Source: Candidatus Micrarchaeota archaeon (GTDB taxonomy: Archaea; Micrarchaeota; Micrarchaeia; Micrarchaeales; CABMGC01). From it: 64,000 nt of DNA. The notes beneath the pieces were generated by a model. That model was not told the origin of the DNA, made no database searches, and saw only the letters and a program-made list of their open reading frames with translations. Location: NCBI GenBank assembly GCA_021817505.1, contig JAKAUU010000016.1, positions 2,844 to 66,843 of the forward strand, read 5' to 3'. Positions 54,869-63,580 of this stretch are shown here, one piece after another. A program made the translations under genes and the position numbers. Position 1 is the first letter of the stretch, and every line of letters starts with the position of its first letter.

Positions 54869-55864
54869 TCATCTTCCTCTGCTTACCATCGCCCTTCCCT
54901 TATAGTCTCCAGACGTATCCCTTGCTTCGGATCCTGTCAGCTTCAGGAAGACGTCGTCTATTGTGGGCTCGTGCATGCTCACGTTCCTTACATTGATCTT
55001 TGCCGTGGAGAGTGACGAGAGCAGCGTCTCTATCTTCTTTGTAGCGTTGTTTCCCCCTGGTGCCGTGACCCTGTTGTTAAGGACAGTCGGTTCAAGGCCT
55101 ACCTTCTTGAATATGCTTGCGACCTTCTGCAGCTCCTCCTTGTCCGCAGTGACCTCTATGACGCTGCTCAGCCCTATGCTCTTCCTGAGTTCATCCGGCG
55201 TCCCGAGAGCGATCAGCTTTCCGTGGTCTATGATCCCTATCCTGTCGCAGAGCTGGTCCGCCTCTTCCAGGTACTGCGTCGTCATAAGCACGGTAACGCC
55301 CTGCTTCTTGTTTATCTCGCGGAGGAGATTCCATATCTGGGTCCTGTTCTGCACGTCAAGCCCTGTCGTAGGTTCATCAAGCAGTATTATGTCCGGGGTG
55401 TGCATGAGCGACTTCGAGACCTCGAGCCTTCTCTTCATTCCTCCGGAGAATGTACCTGCATATACCTTCCTGAACTGTACGAGGTCCGAGAGCTCGAGAG
55501 CGAATTCTATGCTCTTCTCCATCTCCGATTTAGGTATATGGTATAATCTTCCGAATATCATCAGGTTCTGCTCCGCGGTGAGCTCCGGCTCGACCACTGT
55601 CTCCTGCGTCACTACCCCTATATGGGTGCGCGCTTCGGCAGGATCGTTCTTCATGTCCGTGCCGTTGATTATTATCCTTCCGGAAGTAGGTGTCAGAAGT
55701 CCGAGGAGCATGCTGATGGTGGTGGACTTTCCTGCGCCGTTCGGTCCCAGAAGGCCGAATATCTCTCCCTTTTTTATCTTTAGGGAGACGCCATTGACCG
55801 CGGTGAAGTCTCCGAATTTCTTGACTACATTGTCTATGTTTATCGCGTACTCTTCGGCCATCAC
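54869..55864 (-). CDS. ABC transporter ATP-binding protein (DrrA/CcmA-like)
   Basis: Walker A GPNGAGKST, signature FSGGMKRRL, and Walker B ILLDEPTTGLD. Confidence 0.9.
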   Translation of the reverse strand: MMAEEYAINIDNVVKKFGDFTAVNGVSLKIKKGEIFGLLGPNGAGKSTTISMLLGLLTPTSGRIIINGTDMKNDPAEARTHIGVVTQETVVEPELTAEQNLMIFGRLYHIPKSEMEKSIEFALELSDLVQFRKVYAGTFSGGMKRRLEVSKSLMHTPDIILLDEPTTGLDVQNRTQIWNLLREINKKQGVTVLMTTQYLEEADQLCDRIGIIDHGKLIALGTPDELRKSIGLSSVIEVTADKEELQKVASIFKKVGLEPTVLNNRVTAPGGNNATKKIETLLSSLSTAKINVRNVSMHEPTIDDVFLKLTGSEARDTSGDYKGRAMVSRGR

Positions 55865-56235
55865 TCATCACCCATCAGTACGGAGAATGCCTTTCGCATC
55901 TCCTCCTTTAGCTTCAGTGCCTGTTTCAGCGCAAGCTGCCCCTTTCTGTTTGTTTTGTAGTATTTGTGCAGCCTTCCGTTCTTCAGCTCTGCCTTTGAGA
56001 TTATGTAGCCCTGCTTCTCAAGGGAGCTTATAGCATTGTAGATGTCGCTCTTTGTCACATCAGAGAGCATTCCGTGGTCCTTCCACCCCTTGCAGCCCTT
56101 CCTTATGTCGTTTGCGATAGAGTAGGGATAATCCCAGTCGTTCAGCTTTTTCAGGATGACCACCTTCAGCACGTATTTGGATATCTCCTTGTGCGGATCT
56201 CCGGTGTGCCTGTATATATTTGCAGCAGAAGACAT
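55861..56235 (-). CDS. PadR-family transcriptional regulator
   Basis: 124 aa with a PadR wHTH pattern (...YPYSIANDIRKG...SDIYNAISSLEKQGYIISK...). Its stop overlaps the ABC ATPase start. Confidence 0.75.
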   Translation of the reverse strand: MSSAANIYRHTGDPHKEISKYVLKVVILKKLNDWDYPYSIANDIRKGCKGWKDHGMLSDVTKSDIYNAISSLEKQGYIISKAELKNGRLHKYYKTNRKGQLALKQALKLKEEMRKAFSVLMGDE

Positions 56236-56237
56236 AA

Positions 56238-56249
56238 TCTAAATTTAGA
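56238..56249. promoter_or_regulatory. Perfect 12-bp palindrome TCTAAATTTAGA between a TATA-like box and the padR start; candidate PadR operator
   Basis: The palindrome was read directly. It lies 3-14 nt upstream of ATG 56235, with the A/T box TTTAAATATATATTA (minus strand, about 56251-56265) just beyond it. Confidence 0.35.
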
Positions 56250-56346
56250 CTAATATATATTTAAACCTATTGACTTGGTTAGGATTTTGCAATGGTGCAA
56301 CAAGCATGCTGATAGACTTAAAATACTATCAATCATATAGTCAAGT

Positions 56347-57261
56347 ATGGTTGGCCGCATGCCTAAGAAGGTCAGTGTAGTGATACCCACTCTTGAGGAG
56401 GAGAGCGTCTTCAAGCTCGTGAAGCAGATAAGGAGGGTATTGGGAAATGGCGTTGAGATAATAATAGTGGACAAGAGCAGCGATAAGTACTTCAGGAGAC
56501 TTAGGAGCACTGGCGCGAAGCTCATACGCCAGAGAGGAAGAGGCGTGGAGAATGCGGTCATGGTAGGGCTCAGGGCGGCTAAGGGGGAGTATATCGCAAG
56601 CATAGATGCCGACGGGACGCATGATCCTGAGGGCCTTGCGGAAGCGCTGAAGATGGTTGAGTCGGGAAAGGCCGATTTTGTCCTTGGCAACAGGATGAAC
56701 GGCCTCTCGAAAGGCTCGATGCAGCTTTATCTGAGATTCGGCAACAGCATACTGAGCGGCTTGTACAGCACGCTCTACCATCAGAAGATACATGACGTGC
56801 TTACCGGATTGTTCGTGGTGAGCAGGGAGGCATTTGAGGATATAAGGAATGTAGAGCCTTACAGGGCAGGGATAGCCTTCTTTGCGATAGAGCTTGCAAG
56901 AAGGGGCTATACCGTTAAAGAGGTTGACATTAAGTACTACAAAAGGGCTTATGGTGAATCCAAGCTTACAAGATCAAAGTTCGCATACGGCTTCAACGTC
57001 GCATCGCACATAGTCAGGCAGCTCAGGGATTATAGCCCGCTGCTTATCTTCGGCTTGGTCGGAGGCATACTCTTCATAATAGGGTTGATACTCGGGATAC
57101 AGGTGCTTGCCGACTTCTTCGCGACAGGGGTCTTCGCATTCACTGGAAGGGCCCTTCTCGCATTCATGCTCCTTGTGATAGGCTTCCTGCTTGTGATAGC
57201 TGGACTGATACTCGACCTGCTCCTTGAGATAGAGAGGAAGCTTGAGATGCCAAACAGATAG
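56347..57261 (+). CDS. Family 2 glycosyltransferase (dolichyl-phosphate hexose synthase-like) with C-terminal TM helices
   Basis: VVIPTLEEE, the DxD-type motif SIDADGTHD, a GT-A fold, and two C-terminal hydrophobic helices. Confidence 0.8.
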   Translation: MVGRMPKKVSVVIPTLEEESVFKLVKQIRRVLGNGVEIIIVDKSSDKYFRRLRSTGAKLIRQRGRGVENAVMVGLRAAKGEYIASIDADGTHDPEGLAEALKMVESGKADFVLGNRMNGLSKGSMQLYLRFGNSILSGLYSTLYHQKIHDVLTGLFVVSREAFEDIRNVEPYRAGIAFFAIELARRGYTVKEVDIKYYKRAYGESKLTRSKFAYGFNVASHIVRQLRDYSPLLIFGLVGGILFIIGLILGIQVLADFFATGVFAFTGRALLAFMLLVIGFLLVIAGLILDLLLEIERKLEMPNR

Positions 57262-57422
57262 TCGTAGCTTTGAAGTTTTGCCCCAGGTTAAGATCAGCAT
57301 TGCGCATTGCTGCACTTTATGTGAAAGCCAGGGCATTGGAAACCTTAAAATAGCTTATTGTGCATAAATTGTTTGCATTCTATTCATAGATAGTTGCATT
57401 TCTACAAGTTATAAGTGATGTT

Positions 57423-57944
57423 ATGAAATTAAGACCTGCTAGATGCGTCCGCGGAATAAACAGCCAGCCATGGGCAAGATACTCGGTAAAGAAGCCTAGG
57501 AAGAACTACATAAAGGCGCTGCCGCACACCAGCTTGCTTGTATTCAAGATGGGAACCGACAGGGAGGATTACAATAAGGTAATGACTCTCGAGGCTGACC
57601 AGCAGGTACAGCTCAGGTCCAACGCCCTTGAAGCTGCAAGGCAGGTTGCAAACAAGTTCCTTGAAGGAAGCATAGTTAACAACTATAGGTTCAGGATCCT
57701 CGTTTATCCTCATAACGTAGTACGGGAGAAGAAGAGAGCAATGGGAGCAGGAGCAGACCGTATCTCCCAGGGTATGACTCTCTCTTTCGGAAGCCCTTCC
57801 TCAGTCGCAGCGCGCGTCTACAAGAACCAGCGCATCTTCGAAGTAAAGCTCAATGAGGCGAACAAAGAGGTAGGAAGAGTTGCCTTGAAGAGGGCTGCCT
57901 CGAAGCTTTCAGGAACATACAGCATAAGGATGTACGACAACTGA
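57423..57944 (+). CDS. rpl10e: 50S ribosomal protein L10e (uL16)
   Basis: MKLRPARCVR...YSVKKPRKNYIKALP...LRSNALEAARQVANKF...MGAGADRISQGM matches the L10e/L16 pattern. Confidence 0.9.
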   Translation: MKLRPARCVRGINSQPWARYSVKKPRKNYIKALPHTSLLVFKMGTDREDYNKVMTLEADQQVQLRSNALEAARQVANKFLEGSIVNNYRFRILVYPHNVVREKKRAMGAGADRISQGMTLSFGSPSSVAARVYKNQRIFEVKLNEANKEVGRVALKRAASKLSGTYSIRMYDN

Positions 57945-57950
57945 TCATTT

Positions 57951-58457
57951 TTATCCTTCGTACCTTCTAGCTTCTTCCACAAATCTGTCAGCCATTAGCA
58001 CGACCCATGCCGCAAAATCGTCAGGCCTCTCCTTCACCCATTTATGGAATTCATCTATGGAGACCCATTTGTAGGCCTGCACCTCGTCCTTGTTGGGTTT
58101 CGTCTCCCCGTCATATGTCCCGAATAGGATATGGTCGTACTCCCTCTCCGTAAGCCCGCTCCCGACCTCCGCCTCATATGGGAAGACGAACCTCTCCTCG
58201 AGCTTTGCGTTTATGCCCATCTCCTCCATCAGTCTGCGCTCAGCGGCAGCCTCGACAGGCTCTCCGGGCCTTGGATGGCTGCAGCAGGTATTTGCCCACT
58301 TCCCCTTTGAATGGTACTTGACCATCGCACGCTGCTGCAGCAGAGTCTCGCCCTTGCCATTGAAGAGGAAGACTGAGATTGCGCGGTGCAGATGGCCGCC
58401 GTTGCTGTGCGCCTTCAGCTTCTCCTCTATCCCTATCTGATTGTCATTCTTGTCCAC
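57951..58457 (-). CDS. idi: Isopentenyl-diphosphate delta-isomerase, type 1 (Nudix fold)
   Basis: LHRAISVFLFN, QQRA..K, WANTCCSHP (catalytic Cys), the Nudix-like AAERRLMEEMGI, and E.EYDH. Confidence 0.8.
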   Translation of the reverse strand: MDKNDNQIGIEEKLKAHSNGGHLHRAISVFLFNGKGETLLQQRAMVKYHSKGKWANTCCSHPRPGEPVEAAAERRLMEEMGINAKLEERFVFPYEAEVGSGLTEREYDHILFGTYDGETKPNKDEVQAYKWVSIDEFHKWVKERPDDFAAWVVLMADRFVEEARRYEG

Positions 58458-58582
58458 TAGTATAACATTTTCCAGAGGCTCACCGATACTCTTATATATT
58501 TCAGAATATATCTAGAATTGCTATTTTTTATGGTTTTCCTTATGGTCTTCCATATAGCTTAACACTCGGATATGCTGGTCTT

Positions 58583-59503
58583 ATGAAGATATTATTGCAG
58601 TTCCCTGAAGGACTCAAGGAGAAGGCGCTCACCTATGCGAAAGAAGAAGAGGCAAAGGGCAATGAGGTCTATGTCTCGGCTTCGCCCAGCTTCGGCGCCT
58701 GCGACCTTGCCCTTGATGAGGCCAAGATGATAGGGGCTGAGAAGCTCGTCCACTTCGGCCATGCAGAGTTCCACCACGTGGATTTCAATGTTGAGTACAG
58801 GGAGTTTGCGGTTGACGCTGATCTGGACATTCTTGAAGAATCGGTAGATGCTCTTAAGGATTATAATAAGATAGGGATCGTGACAACCATACAGCACATA
58901 CACCAGCTGCAGTATGTGAAGGAGTTCTATGAGAAGAATGGCAAAACGGTGGTGATAGGAAAGCCGTACGGCTTTGCCAAGAAACCCGGACAGATCCTCG
59001 GATGCGACATAGGAAGCGCAGCACGCATAGACAACGAGGTTGATGCCTTTGTCTACTTTGGCGGGGGGATGTTCCATCCCTTAGGCGCTCTGCTCAATAC
59101 CAAGAAGCCTTTCCTGGTGGTTGAGCCTTTCACCAGGAAGGTGGAATTCATAGACCAGTACCGTGAGATCTACAGGAAGAGGAAGAATGGCAAGATAGCA
59201 AGGGCCCTTTCAGCCAGGAGCTTCGGGATAGTGGTAAGCACCAAGAACGGGCAGCATAACATGAATCTTGCAGGGCTCCTCAAGAGCAGGATAGAGGCAA
59301 AGGGGCTCAGGGCAGCCATACTCACTGCAAATACGATAAACTTCGAATCCCTTGACAATATGCGCGAGTTCGATGCCTTTGTCAATACCGCCTGCCCCAG
59401 GATATCCATAGATGACATTACGCGTACAAGGAAACCCATGCTGAGCGCAAATGAGCTCAACGAGGTCCTTGAGATGCTGAGCATTCAGACTCTTTCTAAG
59501 TGA
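58583..59503 (+). CDS. dph2: Diphthamide biosynthesis enzyme Dph2 (2-(3-amino-3-carboxypropyl)histidine synthase)
   Basis: N-terminus ILLQFPEGLKEKAL, three-domain layout, and conserved cysteines (GACDL, LGCDI, NTACPRI). Confidence 0.8.
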   Translation: MKILLQFPEGLKEKALTYAKEEEAKGNEVYVSASPSFGACDLALDEAKMIGAEKLVHFGHAEFHHVDFNVEYREFAVDADLDILEESVDALKDYNKIGIVTTIQHIHQLQYVKEFYEKNGKTVVIGKPYGFAKKPGQILGCDIGSAARIDNEVDAFVYFGGGMFHPLGALLNTKKPFLVVEPFTRKVEFIDQYREIYRKRKNGKIARALSARSFGIVVSTKNGQHNMNLAGLLKSRIEAKGLRAAILTANTINFESLDNMREFDAFVNTACPRISIDDITRTRKPMLSANELNEVLEMLSIQTLSK

Positions 59504-59555
59504 ATCGAAGCTGGAAGCCATTCTGAATGATTTAGCATTCAGACTCTTTCTAGAT

Positions 59556-59598
59556 TAAAAAGAAAAAGGAATAGAAAAAATAAAAGAAAATAAAGGCA
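59556..59598 (-). terminator. Oligo-T-rich tract (minus strand) immediately downstream of the pilin-like gene
   Basis: The minus strand reads ...cctttattttcttttattttttctattcctttttcttttt. Archaeal termination typically occurs at oligo-T runs. It shares the 16-mer ttcttttattttttct with the tract at 61378-61436. Confidence 0.45.
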
Positions 59599-59601
59599 AC
59601 T

Positions 59602-60171
59602 TTATGTTACCTTTACTATCAGTGTTGCTACCTTCACTGCGCTGGTCGAAGGACCGTTAGGGCCTGTGCTGTAGTTAAGCCATACGTATCCTGAGAACTG
59701 GCTGCCTATTGAGTTTGCGCTTGTGAAGTCGCTTTGTGGTACCTGGAAGTATACCTGCTGTTCGTTTCCTGCGTTCAGCTGGCAGTTTCCAAATGCAATG
59801 CCATTTATTACGACAGGGCTTCCGTTATTGCAGAAGTTTGCGTTTGCAGAGTATGCTGTAGGGAAACCTGAAGCGGTTGCTCCTGTAGACTGCGGTGCAA
59901 CGCTTATCATTCCATTGTACACTGTCGCGCCACCATTCTGGCCAAATGTAATTCCTACCAGTACGTTATTAGTGCTGGCACCAAACGTTGTTGCAGACTC
60001 ATTAGTGCATATGTAACCCGAGGCTGCTACGCATGACGGATGTAGGAACGCGCTTCCGTTGAATACGCCAAGAGCATAGAGTGCTACTAACACTATAGCT
60101 ATGACGAGTATCGCCCATCCATACGTCATGAGATATTCCATTGCGCTTTGCAATTTGAACTTTTTACTCAT
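59602..60171 (-). CDS. Class III signal peptide protein (archaeal type IV pilin-like)
   Basis: N-terminus MSKKFKLQSAMEYLMTYGWAILVIAIVLVALYALGVF; 189 aa, Gly/Asn/Ser/Thr-rich globular part. Confidence 0.8.
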   Translation of the reverse strand: MSKKFKLQSAMEYLMTYGWAILVIAIVLVALYALGVFNGSAFLHPSCVAASGYICTNESATTFGASTNNVLVGITFGQNGGATVYNGMISVAPQSTGATASGFPTAYSANANFCNNGSPVVINGIAFGNCQLNAGNEQQVYFQVPQSDFTSANSIGSQFSGYVWLNYSTGPNGPSTSAVKVATLIVKVT

Positions 60172-60346
60172 ATCCGCACCTTTTTTCTATTGATAAATAA
60201 TTGGTAATGTATTTAAAGCTTACTGATGGAAAGCCCTCGGCTAAGTCTCGGATGTTTTTGGCATGTAGCAACACATGTTCGCAGCATGGTCTGACTTTGA
60301 CTTATATTATATATCTTATGTCCTAACTAAAATCATAAGATGCTGA

Positions 60347-60634
60347 TTGATGGTGTTTATGGGCATTATAAGGAAAATAGCGCGCAGGGCAGCCTCTTCC
60401 AAAAGAGGGGAGTTCATAAACTATGTGAGGGATGGGTGGAATAACTACAGCTTCATCTTCTATATAGGGGGAGTCAGCGCGATACTCGGAAGCATCTTCG
60501 GGATAGCCGGATGGCTCTCCATAGTGGTTACAGTAGCTTTCTTCTATTATGCAGGCAGGTTCGTAAAGGCCTTCAAGGAGGAGAAGGAAAAGGCGGAAAG
60601 GAGGAATAGAAGGAATATAAGGGTAAAGCGCTGA
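60347..60634 (+). CDS. Small two-TM membrane protein with basic C-terminus
   Basis: 95 aa with two hydrophobic helices, ending KEEKEKAERRNRRNIRVKR. Confidence 0.45.
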   Translation: MMVFMGIIRKIARRAASSKRGEFINYVRDGWNNYSFIFYIGGVSAILGSIFGIAGWLSIVVTVAFFYYAGRFVKAFKEEKEKAERRNRRNIRVKR

Positions 60635-60687
60635 TTCTTTGCCTGAGATAAGGGAATTGGGGCAGGCCACGGCCTATTGATATTTTG

Positions 60688-60798
60688 TCAGTCTTCCACA
60701 AGGCCCTCTCCGCAGTCGAGCTCTGCTCCGCAGTTATAGCACCTTCTATGGCAGGATGACATCTCCTGCATCTCAAAGCCGCATACCGGGCACTCCAT
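60688..60798 (-). CDS. Candidate 36-aa zinc-ribbon protein (below the ORF-track cutoff)
   Basis: Hand translation gives MECPVCGFEMQEMSSCHRRCYNCGAELDCGEGLVED*, with two CxxC pairs. It is not supported by any other evidence. Confidence 0.3.
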   Translation of the reverse strand: MECPVCGFEMQEMSSCHRRCYNCGAELDCGEGLVED

Positions 60799-61008
60799 TG
60801 AACAGCCAATGTCTGAATACGCGTATTAGAGTTAATAGCGCATGCTCCCATATGTGGTTTTGGCGCTATGAGGCATCTGGATCCATAGTCTGCAGCATAT
60901 CGGATATCTTTATAAACTTATCTCCATGCTTCGCATTTGAACGATAATTTTTCAGGGCTGAAAGCTGGCTTTAAAAAGACATTTCGCCTTCTTTATTCAG
61001 TGGTATAA

Positions 61009-61365
61009 ATGGCAAAAAGCAAACCAAACTACGGTGCATGGGCCCTTAAGTTCATAGGAAGCCTGGTGTACCTGTATGTACTGTATCAGCTTTGGTCACC
61101 TGGTGCAATCTCCAATGTCTTCGGACCGATACTCTTCGGAGTTGCAGCGGTAGCCTCAGTGGCTCTGTTCATAACAAACCTGTCCGCATTGACCATGACT
61201 AAGAACGATAAGATGACCATGTGGCTGGCAAAACTTGGAAATATAGGAGGGTTCGCCCTTCTGGCAGCAGCTTATGTAAGCCCTGCGGCAATGGCAGGAG
61301 GCCTTCTTGCAGAAGCGCTGGTAGGATTCGTAATCGTTTACATAGGCTCCGGAATGGATATGTAA
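61009..61365 (+). CDS. Small membrane protein (3-4 TM)
   Basis: 118 aa, hydrophobic throughout. TTTAAAAA box about 37 nt upstream, and followed by a T-rich tract. Confidence 0.5.
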   Translation: MAKSKPNYGAWALKFIGSLVYLYVLYQLWSPGAISNVFGPILFGVAAVASVALFITNLSALTMTKNDKMTMWLAKLGNIGGFALLAAAYVSPAAMAGGLLAEALVGFVIVYIGSGMDM

Positions 61366-61377
61366 ATAGAGTTCCGG

Positions 61378-61436
61378 CTTTCTTTTTTTCTTTTATTTTT
61401 TCTCTTCCTTTTTTCTTCTTTCCTTAGTGATAGCCA
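61378..61436 (+). terminator. Long T-rich tract downstream of the membrane protein gene
   Basis: Reads ctttctttttttcttttattttttctcttccttttttcttctttcc, which fits an oligo-T archaeal terminator. Confidence 0.45.
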
Positions 61437-61462
61437 TATATAGCCTTTAGCGGATATCTGCA

Positions 61463-62074
61463 ATGAATTATATGAAAGAGATAAATGCCTCTGATATGGA
61501 CCTTAGGGGAGAGGAGCGCTTCGGGCCCGTACTTTCAAGGCTATATGCGCTATTTGCACGTGAAGGCGCTCTTGGCATCTATGGATTCGCATGCAAAGAT
61601 ATACTTTCAAGGAAGGGAGCCTTCAGCCTTCTGGATGTCGGGACTGGACCTGGAAGATTACCTGGCATGCTCTCAGAGGAGAGCGATAGGGTAAGGATAT
61701 CCGCGGTTGACCCTTCGCCATCGATGATCAGGATAGCAGAAGGGAAGAACAGGGGCAGAGGGATAGCTTTCGCCCTCGGGTACAGCCAGAAGCTGCCGTT
61801 TGACAAGAAGTTTGACATGATAGTAAGCTCCGTCTCCTTCCACCACTGGGCGCATAAGAAGGAATCCTTAGCATATCTCTCGGGATTCCTTAAGCCAAAA
61901 GGCGAGATACGGATCTATGAACTTAAGAAGAGCAATAGATTATTCGATTACTTTTTGGACAAGCACAGGATGAGCGAGAAGGAACTGCGCCATGCAGCTG
62001 AAGGAGCAGGCCTGAAAGTGAAGAGCGTCATTTCAAAGGATAAATTCGTCCGTGCAGTATACATTAAGGCATAA
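61463..62074 (+). CDS. Class I SAM-dependent methyltransferase
   Basis: Motif I LLDVGTGPGRL, motif II-like ISAVDPS, and post-II FDMIVSSVSFHHW. Confidence 0.75.
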   Translation: MNYMKEINASDMDLRGEERFGPVLSRLYALFAREGALGIYGFACKDILSRKGAFSLLDVGTGPGRLPGMLSEESDRVRISAVDPSPSMIRIAEGKNRGRGIAFALGYSQKLPFDKKFDMIVSSVSFHHWAHKKESLAYLSGFLKPKGEIRIYELKKSNRLFDYFLDKHRMSEKELRHAAEGAGLKVKSVISKDKFVRAVYIKA

Positions 62075-62115
62075 ACAGCACAGCATAAAGTATAAAATTT
62101 ATATCAATGATATAG

Positions 62116-62895
62116 GTGTGTGGTTTTTTGGAGCGCTGCAGCACCGGTGTGACCGGATTTGATGATCTCGTTGAAGGCGGATTCCCTAAAGGGTCGATGA
62201 TACTCCTTACGGGATCGCCCGGCACTGGCAAGACGATATTCGGCCTGCAGTACATATACAATGGGGCTATGAACGGGGAGAACGGCGTCTATGTCTGCAT
62301 AGAATCCACCCCTGAAGCGCTTAAGAAGCAGGCTGAGAACTTCGGCATGGACTTTGAAAGACTTGAAAAGGAGGGGAAGGTGATCTTCTACCGCGTTCCT
62401 ACCGATGACAGGAAGTTCGGCATCTTCAAGAAGATATTTGAGAGCGTTGAGAAGATACATGCAAAGCGCATGGTCTTCGACAGCCTTGCGACACTGAACA
62501 TAATACTTGGAAGGTTTGTCTCATTATGGGATTATGAGACCAGTAGTGCGGCATCATCCAACCTGGAAAAGATGCGTTCCAGCAACATCAACTCCTTTGA
62601 CATGATGGTAATAGCAAACAGCATAATAGAGCAGTTAAGGCCCATAGGTACAACCACCCTTCTCATAACCTATGGCAGTGAGAATCCAGGAAGCATGGCG
62701 TATGATGAAGCCAGCGAGTTCCTCTGCGATGGGATCATAGACTTCTACAATCTTCCAATAGGGATAAAGTATTCAAGGAGCATGCGCATAGGAAAGATGC
62801 GCAGCACAAATAACAGCCAGTACATACATGAGTTCAGAATAACAGATAAAGGGATAGTTGTCAGCCCTGCGGAGGCGATATTGTTCAATGAGTAG
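62116..62895 (+). CDS. KaiC/RadA-like single-domain ATPase
   Basis: TGVTGFDDLVEGGFPKGSMILLTGSPGTGKT (Walker A) and MVFDSL (Walker B). The start is either GTG 62116 or TTG 62128. Confidence 0.75.
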   Translation: MCGFLERCSTGVTGFDDLVEGGFPKGSMILLTGSPGTGKTIFGLQYIYNGAMNGENGVYVCIESTPEALKKQAENFGMDFERLEKEGKVIFYRVPTDDRKFGIFKKIFESVEKIHAKRMVFDSLATLNIILGRFVSLWDYETSSAASSNLEKMRSSNINSFDMMVIANSIIEQLRPIGTTTLLITYGSENPGSMAYDEASEFLCDGIIDFYNLPIGIKYSRSMRIGKMRSTNNSQYIHEFRITDKGIVVSPAEAILFNE

Positions 62896-63454
62896 CACCC
62901 CTAGCCTCTTTGACAAGCTGATGATCGCACGTGAGATGCAGTTCAGCAATGGAAGCGTCAGCATGTTCGGGCACAGGGTGGTAATGCCTCCTGCCAGGCT
63001 CTTCTCCGAGTATATAAAGATGGTCGACAACGACCCTAAGTATACCGACCTTCTCTATGAATCGGCAAGGATCAGCTTCCGTGAAGGGATGGGAAAGGAC
63101 CTGCAGAAGAGATTCAAGTTCCACATAAACGATTTCTTCAACTGGCTTCCGAAGATCTCAGCGCTTGCCGGATGGGGCGATGCGACAATAGACCAGTTCA
63201 TACCTGAAAAGCACTATGGGATAATAACCTGCAGGGATTCGCCTGTAGTCAGAGGATTAAAAGGGAGCGTGCACGGCCCTGTCGACCATGTCCTCAGGGG
63301 CTTCATAACTGGCAGCACTGAGACGATGTACGGGATTGTGGAAGGGATAAGCACGGTTGAGGTAGAGTGCGAGAACGATGGCTACAAAATGTGCAAGTTC
63401 GTCTTCAATCCTATGCTGAAGGGCATACCAAGGGAAACAGAGACGGATAGCTAG
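62888..63454 (+). CDS. V4R (4-vinyl reductase)-domain protein
   Basis: C-terminal pattern GIITCRDSP...HVLRGFITGSTE...VEVECENDGYKMCKFVF with the V4R-type Cys pair. The start is placed at ATG 62888, overlapping the KaiC-like stop by 8 nt. Confidence 0.55.
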   Translation: MSSTPSLFDKLMIAREMQFSNGSVSMFGHRVVMPPARLFSEYIKMVDNDPKYTDLLYESARISFREGMGKDLQKRFKFHINDFFNWLPKISALAGWGDATIDQFIPEKHYGIITCRDSPVVRGLKGSVHGPVDHVLRGFITGSTETMYGIVEGISTVEVECENDGYKMCKFVFNPMLKGIPRETETDS

Positions 63455-63580
63455 ACTTATCCTGAAGGTCCAGGCATTTGATGCCATTCCGCCTGGTAAA
63501 TGCTTTTATCATGGAAAACAGATTTAAACTTGACAGGAGTGCATCGCTGGATGAATTCATGCGCATAATCGGATAATACA

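Noticed and set aside
54963-56033. 356-aa ORF on the plus strand
   Set aside because: It is antisense to the ABC ATPase and PadR genes. It has a Ser/Phe/Leu-rich composition typical of an antisense frame, whereas the minus-strand genes carry Walker A, Walker B and signature motifs.
60215-60300. Possible C/D-box sRNA (ctgatgg ... ggtctgac) upstream of the pilin-like gene
   Set aside because: The C-box candidate is imperfect (UGAUGG), no convincing C' or D' boxes were found, and the spacing is at the long end. It is more likely promoter or leader sequence.
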